This document shows positions 37,887 to 44,859 of a stretch of 44,859 nucleotides of DNA, piece after piece (position 1 is the stretch's first letter; the number at the start of each line of letters is the position of its first letter). Both the position numbers and the translations under genes were made by a program. Origin of the DNA: a virus (Duplodnaviria > Caudoviricetes); IMG/VR virus record IMGVR_UViG_3300017747_003010, positions 1-44,859 of that record. One strand, written 5' to 3'. The notes beneath the pieces were generated by a model, which searched no databases, had not been told where the DNA came from, and was given only the letters and a program-made list of their open reading frames with translations.

Positions 37887-39080
37887 ATGGCAAAACAAAA
37901 AACAAAACACACTGAAGTATCTCTAAACATTAAAGAGGCAAAACAATTTTTAAAACACATTATAAATAACAATCGTTATTTACAATCAAATGGTAAGTTA
38001 CCTGTAGCCGTTGAGGTAGTTGGTGATTCTGGTATCGGTAAAACATCAACAATTTTACAATTAGCCAAAGAAACGGATCTAAACTTTGTTAAGTTAAACT
38101 TAGCTCAAATTGAGGAGTTAGGTGACTTAGTAGGTTTTCCAATTCGTCAATTTGAAGTATGTAAAACTGATAATGACTGTTTATGGATTGATGAACATGC
38201 GGTAGAAGAGTACACTAAACAAGGTTACAAATTTACAGGTCTAAATCGTATGAGTTACTGTCCACCTGAATGGATTAGTGGCAAAACTAATGGAGGTATC
38301 TTATTATTAGATGACTGGAATCGCGCTGACGTTAGGTTTATTCAAGCTGTTATGGAGTTAATTGATAGACAACAATATATTAGTTGGACATTACCTAAAG
38401 ATTGGCATATCATATTAACAAGTAATCCTGATAATGGAGACTATTTAGTTAATAGTATTGATAACGCTCAAAAAACACGATTTATCACAGTTAATCTTAA
38501 ATTTGATATTAATTGTTGGAGTGAGTGGGCTGAAGATGCTACAATAGATAGTAGATGTATTAACTTCTTACTTAAACACCCAGAATTAGTGTCTACAAAT
38601 ACTAACTCAAGAAGTATTACAACATTCTTTAATTCAATCTCATCATTAAATTCATTTGATAGTGAGTTAGGTTTAATTCAAATGATTGGTGAGGGTAGTG
38701 TTGGTAGCGAATTCACAACTATGTTCACAATGTTTATCAATAATAAATTAGATAAGATTATCTCACCAGAAACTATTATGACTCATGATAGTGAAGAGTA
38801 TGTTTTAAATACTTTAAAAGGTATTGTTGGTAAGGGTGATAAATACAGAGCAGATTTAGCATCAATATTATCAACTCGTATTGTTAACTTTAGCTCATAT
38901 TATGCTAAGAATAATAAGGTTGAAAAACCATATATTGATCGTTTAGCGTTTTTAATGAATGAAGATTTGTTTGCTATGGATTTAAAATATAAAATTGTAA
39001 AATCAATCTATAATGGTGAACCAAGCAAATTCAAATCATTAATGTTAAATAAAACTTTAATTCAATTCTTAACTAAGTAA
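37887..39080 (+). CDS. MoxR-like AAA+ ATPase
   Basis: GDSGIGKT Walker A, DLVGFP, PPEW, LLLDDWNRA Walker B, TSNP, D.AQKTRF. Confidence 0.9.
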   Translation: MAKQKTKHTEVSLNIKEAKQFLKHIINNNRYLQSNGKLPVAVEVVGDSGIGKTSTILQLAKETDLNFVKLNLAQIEELGDLVGFPIRQFEVCKTDNDCLWIDEHAVEEYTKQGYKFTGLNRMSYCPPEWISGKTNGGILLLDDWNRADVRFIQAVMELIDRQQYISWTLPKDWHIILTSNPDNGDYLVNSIDNAQKTRFITVNLKFDINCWSEWAEDATIDSRCINFLLKHPELVSTNTNSRSITTFFNSISSLNSFDSELGLIQMIGEGSVGSEFTTMFTMFINNKLDKIISPETIMTHDSEEYVLNTLKGIVGKGDKYRADLASILSTRIVNFSSYYAKNNKVEKPYIDRLAFLMNEDLFAMDLKYKIVKSIYNGEPSKFKSLMLNKTLIQFLTK

Positions 39081-39082
39081 TT

Positions 39083-40192
39083 ATGAAAAATCAAAATATA
39101 GGACATCTAACAGCTATTAATTCTGGTCACCCTCACCGTATTGAAATATTTAGTGTAGGTTACAATTTAGTAGGAGGCATCATACCAGAAGGCTATCAAA
39201 CTAAAATTAAAAATTTCTTAAACGAAATAAAAGACAATAAACTAACTGATAACAGTACAGTATATGTTACTCCATTATCTGAATTACCTTCATATAAACT
39301 TAAAAATTATATTGAAGAAAATAAATTAAATATAACTACTGCTCGTAAACTTGAAAAATTAGATACTCTGATTGTTAATAAAGAATTCATTGAAAATCAT
39401 TACCATAATATCACAGTATGGGATCATAAAACAAGAACAAATAAAATTAATCATATAACTGATTATTTAATATTTCCAATAGATGTTTTAGTAAAAGATC
39501 CTAAATTTAAAAAACATATCAATCCAATGGGAAATAGATGGAATGATATAACTATAAAAGGAAAAAAACATATTACTCATTATTGTGTGTCAATAGATGA
39601 ATATAAAGATATATGTGCTAAAATTCCACATTTCCAAACTGTTAAAGATAAAGCTACAATACATAGAGGAATTAGACTTGAAGGATCACATGGTTCTAAA
39701 AAAGCATTTGATAGTTTAGAGTTTTATATTAATCTATTAGACAATGTTGAGAAACATAATTTAAAAGTTGTTCTTGATTCAAATGTAAATGAAGATATTA
39801 ATAAAGGATTAGTTATTGACTTTGATGTGTTCCAAAATTTATATGGAATGTTAAAAAGTTCTGATATTGGTAATTGGGAGGTAGCAAAAGAAATTATTGC
39901 TAACTGTGAGTTTGAAACCTCAAAAGCCTATATTATAGCTTTATATAATATGTTTCCTGATTTACGTAAAACAAGTGGTAATAAAAACTACAACTTAGTT
40001 AAAAAAGCATTAGACAACAAGAAATTAGGGATGAATATCCAATATAGAGGATACGTCCCAGCATTTGAATCATTATTAACACATTTTAGTGCTAAATGTC
40101 CTGAATTAATTTCACAATTAATGCCTTGTTTAATTTATCGCATAAATGATTTAGCTAAAAAAGAAGTGATTAAAGAGATAATCTTAGCTTAA
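39083..40192 (+). CDS. Hypothetical protein co-transcribed with AAA ATPase
   Basis: 369-aa ORF 2 nt after AAA stop. Confidence 0.7.
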   Translation: MKNQNIGHLTAINSGHPHRIEIFSVGYNLVGGIIPEGYQTKIKNFLNEIKDNKLTDNSTVYVTPLSELPSYKLKNYIEENKLNITTARKLEKLDTLIVNKEFIENHYHNITVWDHKTRTNKINHITDYLIFPIDVLVKDPKFKKHINPMGNRWNDITIKGKKHITHYCVSIDEYKDICAKIPHFQTVKDKATIHRGIRLEGSHGSKKAFDSLEFYINLLDNVEKHNLKVVLDSNVNEDINKGLVIDFDVFQNLYGMLKSSDIGNWEVAKEIIANCEFETSKAYIIALYNMFPDLRKTSGNKNYNLVKKALDNKKLGMNIQYRGYVPAFESLLTHFSAKCPELISQLMPCLIYRINDLAKKEVIKEIILA

Positions 40193-40200
40193 TATTTATA
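40192..40200 (+). promoter_or_regulatory. Late-promoter-like motif ATATTTATA
   Basis: AATATTTATACATAAA identical 16-mer to the copy at 41223. Confidence 0.55.
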
Positions 40201-40214
40201 CATAAACGATATTA

Positions 40215-40697
40215 ATGGCTAAAGTAGTACTTTTAAGTTGTACAAAATCAAAATTAGACCATACGGCTCCTGCTCAGGAGCTGTATTCTGCTTCTCCAAT
40301 GTTTCAAAAAACATTAGAATACGGTAAATCACTCAAACCAGATAAAATGTTTATCTTATCTGCTAAACACCATTTAGTTCCTTTAACTAAAGAATTAGCA
40401 CCATATGACAAAACATTAAAGGAAATGCCTAAAGATGAGAAAGAAAAATGGGGTGAAGAAACAATTAAGCAGATGAAATCTCATGGTATAAATGTGGATA
40501 AAGACCGTTTTATATTCTTAACCGGAAGTGAATATATGAAGCCATTAACTAAGTATATTCCCGAAGATAACATTGAAAAACCAATGGATGGACGTAGAAT
40601 GGGAGAACGTTTACAGTGGCTAAACAGTCAAATCAAGAAAATAAAAGAAGTAGTATCTAAATTTAAGAAACTTATTTATGAAGCATTCAAAAAATAA
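40215..40697 (+). CDS. DUF6884-like (YaaA/TGT-associated fold) protein
   Basis: LLSCTKSK, A.ELY..S..F, ILSAKH.L, PYDKTL, G.EY, G.RLQWL. Confidence 0.7.
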   Translation: MAKVVLLSCTKSKLDHTAPAQELYSASPMFQKTLEYGKSLKPDKMFILSAKHHLVPLTKELAPYDKTLKEMPKDEKEKWGEETIKQMKSHGINVDKDRFIFLTGSEYMKPLTKYIPEDNIEKPMDGRRMGERLQWLNSQIKKIKEVVSKFKKLIYEAFKK

Positions 40698-40917
40698 ACT
40701 AAACGAATATATACAGTTATATCTTAATGATTTAGAAGATTATGGTGGTGAGGGTGATAATTTAGTTATTAGCGAAATAGCTTTATCTGAATTTAAAACA
40801 TTATTAACCGAATCAGAACAAGATATAATACAACTATTACGTGAAGCTAAAAAAGATTCACGACCCGCTTATCGAGTTGTATATAAAGATTTTCTAAAAT
40901 ACCTAGAAAATATATAA
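40678..40917 (+). CDS. Hypothetical protein
   Basis: 79-aa ORF overlapping upstream gene. Confidence 0.55.
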   Translation: MKHSKNKLNEYIQLYLNDLEDYGGEGDNLVISEIALSEFKTLLTESEQDIIQLLREAKKDSRPAYRVVYKDFLKYLENI

Positions 40918-40924
40918 CATAATG

Positions 40925-40956
40925 TTTGGCTACCCAGGATTTTGATGTTATATTTA
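40925..40956 (+). promoter_or_regulatory. Host-sigma-type promoter
   Basis: TTTG-N20-TATATTTA upstream of ATG 40977. Confidence 0.7.
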
Positions 40957-40976
40957 GTATATAAAAAATAAAACAT

Positions 40977-41213
40977 ATGGGAGTAGATCCAACATTACAA
41001 GTTAAAAAATACACATCAAAAGATGGAATAGTACGTTACATGAAAGATGGTAAATTACATAACTGGGATGGACCAGCAGTAATTCACCCAGACGGAAAAG
41101 AAGAATATTTTATTAATGGTTTTGAACACACTAAAGATAGCTGGAAAAAAGCTAAAAGATCAGGTGATGGTTTACCATGGTACAAGAGTGGTGTTGCAAA
41201 ACAACGATTCTAA
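40977..41213 (+). CDS. Small protein with single GKLH..DGPA repeat unit
   Basis: DGKLHNWDGPAVIHPDGKEEYFING, a beta-hairpin repeat unit seen in phages and giant viruses. Confidence 0.7.
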   Translation: MGVDPTLQVKKYTSKDGIVRYMKDGKLHNWDGPAVIHPDGKEEYFINGFEHTKDSWKKAKRSGDGLPWYKSGVAKQRF

Positions 41214-41253
41214 TTTTTTTTAAATATTTATACATAAATAAAAACACTATATA

Positions 41254-41523
41254 ATGAATAAAGAATTCTTAAAAATGCAAAAGTTGGCTGGATTGATCAA
41301 TGAAAGCCAAGTTAAAGAGATAATTGGCGATATTGATGATACTCCATCTCCAGACGGAGATTTTGATCCAATGGATTATGCTGATGACCCAGCAGACTAC
41401 GATAAAGTTGCTTTTCTAGTAGACGCCTTCCAACATGTTTGGAATATGGGTAAAGGAAACAATACAGTTGATTTTAATGATTTAGCTAAATCTACTATCA
41501 AAGATTTGGAAACTAGATTTTAA
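41254..41523 (+). CDS. Small acidic protein with MQKLAG leader
   Basis: MNKEFLKMQKLAGLINE; ATATTTATA at 41224. Confidence 0.7.
   Translation: MNKEFLKMQKLAGLINESQVKEIIGDIDDTPSPDGDFDPMDYADDPADYDKVAFLVDAFQHVWNMGKGNNTVDFNDLAKSTIKDLETRF
41265..41291 (+). repeat. 27-nt dispersed repeat encoding FLKMQKLAG (copy 2)
   Basis: ATTCTTAAAAATGCAAAAGTTGGCTGG. Confidence 0.8.
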
Positions 41524-41546
41524 TCTTTAAAAACATATTTTAAAAT

Positions 41547-41579
41547 AGGCTTGCAAATGCAGGCCTTTTTTATTACATT
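41547..41579 (+). terminator. Terminator hairpin fused with promoter
   Basis: AGGCTTGC-AAAT-GCAGGCCT then T-run; also TTGCAA-N17-TACATT. Confidence 0.65.
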
Positions 41580-41585
41580 ATAAGT

Positions 41586-42116
41586 ATGAAGATAGGATTA
41601 ACAGGAACAATGAGTGTTGGAAAAAGTACACTCGTACATGCTTTAAAAGAATTACCTGAATTTAAAGATTATTATTTTGCTACTGAACGTAGTAAATACT
41701 TACGTGATTTAGGTATTCCATTAAATACTGATAGTACATTAAAAGGTCAAACAATATTCTTAGCTGAACGTTGTTCTGAATTGATGAGAGAAAACGTTAT
41801 TACTGATAGAACAGTGATTGATGTTATTTCATTTGCTAAATGTGCTCAATCAATTCATAATGAAGATAAAACATCATTTGTTGAGTATGCTGCTCCATTT
41901 ATTTGGGAATATGATTATATATTTTATGTATCTCCTATTGGAGTAGATATTGAAGATAATGGAGTTAGAGAAACTAATGCTGAATATCGTGAGTTAATTG
42001 ATTTAACAATTAAAAGTACTATCACTGACAATTTAAACCATATCCAAAACTTTGGTATCATATCAGGCACTACTGAACAACGTATTGATCAGATTAAACA
42101 TTACCTAGGTTTTTGA
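41586..42116 (+). CDS. P-loop nucleotide kinase (AAA_28/NadR-Ttd14-like)
   Basis: IGLTGTMSVGKST, E.S, ITDRTVID, YDYIFY, EDNGVR. Confidence 0.8.
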   Translation: MKIGLTGTMSVGKSTLVHALKELPEFKDYYFATERSKYLRDLGIPLNTDSTLKGQTIFLAERCSELMRENVITDRTVIDVISFAKCAQSIHNEDKTSFVEYAAPFIWEYDYIFYVSPIGVDIEDNGVRETNAEYRELIDLTIKSTITDNLNHIQNFGIISGTTEQRIDQIKHYLGF

Positions 42117-42117
42117 T

Positions 42118-42126
42118 ATATTTATA
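42118..42126 (+). promoter_or_regulatory. Late-promoter-like motif ATATTTATA
   Basis: 18 nt before terminase ATG. Confidence 0.5.
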
Positions 42127-42144
42127 TACAAAACTTAAGGTTTT

Positions 42145-43716
42145 ATGAGTCAAGATTTAAAACAAATTATTAGAGAAGAATACTTAAAGTGCGCTCAAGA
42201 CCCGGCGCACTTTATGCGTAAATACTGTTATATCCAACATCCACAACGTGGTAGAGTATTATTCAATTTATACCCATTCCAAGATAAAGTACTTAATTTA
42301 TGGAAAGACAATCCATATGATATAATACTTAAATCAAGACAGTTAGGTATCTCAACTTTAGTAGCAGGTTATTCATTATGGTTAATGTTATTCCATAAAG
42401 ATAAAAACGTTCTATGTATAGCTACTAAACAAGAAACAGCTAAAAACATGGTAACGAAAGTTAAATTCATGTTTGAAAATCTACCATCATGGCTAAAAAT
42501 ACCAGCTGAAGAAAATAATAAATTAACATTACGATTAAGTAATGGTTCGCAAGTTAAAGCAGTATCAGCGGCAGGTGACGCAGGACGATCTGAAGCTGTT
42601 TCACTTCTTATTATAGATGAGGCAGCATTTATTGATGGTATTGGTGAAATATGGGCTTCTGCTCAACAAACCTTAGCTACTGGAGGAGGAGCAATTGTAT
42701 TATCTACCCCATATGGTACTGGTAACTGGTTTCATCAAACTTGGGTTAGAGCAGAAGCAGGTGAAAACCAGTTCCTACCAATTAAATTACCTTGGTATGT
42801 TCATCCTGAACGAGATGAAAATTGGAGAAAAAAACAAGATGAATTACTAGGTGACCCAAGATTAGCTGCTCAAGAATGTGACTGTGACTTTAATACATCA
42901 GGTGATGTTGTATTTTATCCTGAATATATTGACTTTATAATGTCAACTTATGTTAAAGATCCTTTGGAGAGACGAGGAGTAGACCGTAACTTATGGATAT
43001 GGGAACCAGCAGATTATAGCCGTAGTTATATGGTTGTAGCTGACGTTGCTCGAGGAGACAGTAAAGACTTTTCAGCATTCCATATAATAGATATTGATAC
43101 TAACACACAGGTAGCTGAGTATAAAGGTCAATTATCACCAAAAGAATTTGGTTATCTATTAGTTGGAATAGCAACAGAATACAATGAAGCGTTGTTAGTT
43201 GTTGAAAATAATAATATAGGATGGGCAACTTTAGATGCGATTCAAGAAAGAGGATATAAAAATTTATATTTCTCTCCTAAAACTGAAGCAATAAATGCTG
43301 AATCTTATTTAGAAAAACTAGATGATCCATCAAAAATGGTACCTGGTTTTACAATGAATTTAAGAACTAGACCACTAGTTATTAATAAATTTAGAGAATA
43401 TATTGGAGATAAAAGTGTTATCATACAATCTAAACGATTAGTTGAAGAAATGAAAGTATTTGTTTGGAAAAATGGCAAAGCAGAAGCACAATCTGGATAC
43501 AATGATGATTTAGTTATGAGTTTTGGAACAGCAATGTATATAAGAGACACAGCTCTTAAATTTAAATCACAAGGAGTTGATTTAGCTCGCGCTATGTTAG
43601 CAAATATATCAAATGTAAAACCAAATTCTCAAGGGGTTTATAGCCCAAATACATATAATAACCCATACAAAATAAACTATGGTCACGGCGATGAGGACAT
43701 TAGCTGGTTACTATAA
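42145..43716 (+). CDS. terL: Terminase large subunit, T4 gp17-like
   Basis: LYPFQ, KSRQLGIST, LIIDEAAF Walker B, STPYG, DVARG..DFSA, VENNN.G, DDLVMS. Confidence 0.95.
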   Translation: MSQDLKQIIREEYLKCAQDPAHFMRKYCYIQHPQRGRVLFNLYPFQDKVLNLWKDNPYDIILKSRQLGISTLVAGYSLWLMLFHKDKNVLCIATKQETAKNMVTKVKFMFENLPSWLKIPAEENNKLTLRLSNGSQVKAVSAAGDAGRSEAVSLLIIDEAAFIDGIGEIWASAQQTLATGGGAIVLSTPYGTGNWFHQTWVRAEAGENQFLPIKLPWYVHPERDENWRKKQDELLGDPRLAAQECDCDFNTSGDVVFYPEYIDFIMSTYVKDPLERRGVDRNLWIWEPADYSRSYMVVADVARGDSKDFSAFHIIDIDTNTQVAEYKGQLSPKEFGYLLVGIATEYNEALLVVENNNIGWATLDAIQERGYKNLYFSPKTEAINAESYLEKLDDPSKMVPGFTMNLRTRPLVINKFREYIGDKSVIIQSKRLVEEMKVFVWKNGKAEAQSGYNDDLVMSFGTAMYIRDTALKFKSQGVDLARAMLANISNVKPNSQGVYSPNTYNNPYKINYGHGDEDISWLL

Positions 43717-43742
43717 TATTTATTGGTATAATTTAATATAAA

Positions 43743-44859
43743 ATGGCAGATACTAGTGTATTTTCACGTCTACAGCGATTATTTGCAACTGATGTAATAA
43801 TCAGAAATGCTGGAGGAAATGAATTAAAAGTAATGGATGTTAACAGCATCCAGATGACAGGTGAATATCAAACAAACTCTTTAGTTGACAGATACAATCG
43901 TATATATTCAAGTAATAGTACCTCACTTTATGGTGCTCAACTAAACATTAACTGGAAATATCTTCGTACTCAGATTTATTCTGATTATGATGCTATGGAT
44001 ACAGATGCAATCATTTCTTCTGCTTTAGATATTATAGCTGATGAGAGTACTCTTAAAAATGATATGGGAGAAGTACTCCAAATTAGAAGTAGTGATGAAG
44101 ATACACAAAAGATTTTATATAACTTATTCTATGATGTATTAAACATTGAGTTTAATCTATGGTCTTGGATTCGTCAAATGTGTAAGTATGGTGATTTCTT
44201 CTTAAAATTAGAAATTGCTGAAAAATTTGGTGTATATAATGTTATACCTTACACTGCCTACCACATTGAAAGACAAGAAAATTACGATCCTAAAAAACCA
44301 GCTGAAATAAGATTTGCTTTCTCTCCTGATGGTTATGCAGGTGGATCAGGTTATTATGGTATTGGGGGTCAAGGTACTCAGTCATCTAAAAAGAATGATA
44401 AAAATATTTATTTTGACAACTATGAAATGGCTCACTTCAGATTAATTACTGATGTGAACTATTTACCATATGGAAGATCATATTTAGAGCCTGCTCGTAA
44501 ATTATACAAACAATACATCTTAATGGAAGACGCAATGTTAATCCACCGTATTGTTCGCGCTCCAGAAAAACGTATTTTCTATATCAATGTTGGTTCTATT
44601 CCACCAAATGAAGTAGAAAACTTCATGCAGAAAACTATCAATACAATGAAGAAAACTCCATTTATTGATCCTCAAACTGGTGAATATAATATGAAGTATA
44701 ACCAACAGAACATTTTAGAAGACTTCTACATCCCAGTAAGAGGTAATGACAGTGCTACTAAAATTGAACCTACTAAAGGTATGGATTATACCGCAATTGA
44801 AGACGTAGTTTATTTAAGAGATAAATTATTTGCTGCCTTAAAAGTACCTAAAGCATTTA
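43743..44859 (+). CDS. Portal protein, T4 gp20-like, 3'-truncated by window (not in ORF track)
   Basis: Translated by hand: MADTSVFSRL...ALDIIADE...YGRSYLEPARK...MEDAMLIHRIVRAPEKRIFYINVG...EDFYIPVRG...LFAALKVPKAF. Confidence 0.95.
   Translation, partial: MADTSVFSRLQRLFATDVIIRNAGGNELKVMDVNSIQMTGEYQTNSLVDRYNRIYSSNSTSLYGAQLNINWKYLRTQIYSDYDAMDTDAIISSALDIIADESTLKNDMGEVLQIRSSDEDTQKILYNLFYDVLNIEFNLWSWIRQMCKYGDFFLKLEIAEKFGVYNVIPYTAYHIERQENYDPKKPAEIRFAFSPDGYAGGSGYYGIGGQGTQSSKKNDKNIYFDNYEMAHFRLITDVNYLPYGRSYLEPARKLYKQYILMEDAMLIHRIVRAPEKRIFYINVGSIPPNEVENFMQKTINTMKKTPFIDPQTGEYNMKYNQQNILEDFYIPVRGNDSATKIEPTKGMDYTAIEDVVYLRDKLFAALKVPKAF

Noticed and set aside
9877-43550. Short antisense or alternate-frame ORFs in the track (e.g. 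9877, 11258, 14495, 15314, 17447, 18029, 18975, 21747, 22883, 23779, 25410, 26692, 27353, 31593, 32296, 33567, 34261, 37219, 37259, 43305)
   Set aside because: Nested in or largely overlapping well-supported genes; no motifs or promoters; typical shadow composition
1-44859. Stop-codon reassignment (no accepted gene ends in TAG)
   Set aside because: Conserved genes are intact under the standard code with no in-frame TAG/TGA breaks; TGA is used as stop, mostly in ATGA overlaps; TAG rarity is expected in an AT-rich genome
1-44859. tRNA or rRNA genes
   Set aside because: Intergenic gaps are very short and none shows a cloverleaf or T-loop consensus

Overview
This AT-rich, densely coding window is almost entirely on the + strand and comes from a large T4-related myovirus genome. 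The host is inferred to be Bacteroidota, from TTTG-N19/20-TATATTTA promoters, the near absence of Shine-Dalgarno sites, a lipoprotein and an Hc1-like gene. Order: baseplate/tail module (1-16874); GIY-YIG nuclease, primase and PD-(D/E)xK exonuclease (16879-19048); a ~16 kb block of small and modular proteins, most starting with a K/L/I-rich leader ending in [ILV]-x-E (19102-35140); an island with its own host-type promoters (FAD oxidoreductase, VWA-metallopeptidase, MoxR-like AAA ATPase); then large terminase and T4 gp20-like portal (truncated). The main candidate novelty is a capsid-cargo system: many proteins carry T4 capsid-targeting-like leaders, and several look like enzyme modules joined by gp21-type cleavage sites. 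Other signals: an unannotated Hc1 histone-like gene, a recurring ATATTTAT late-promoter-like motif, terminators fused to promoters, a pseudoknot/terminator RNA element, and a recurrent [ST]-[GAS]-S motif in tail proteins. All family calls come from motif recognition, not database searches.
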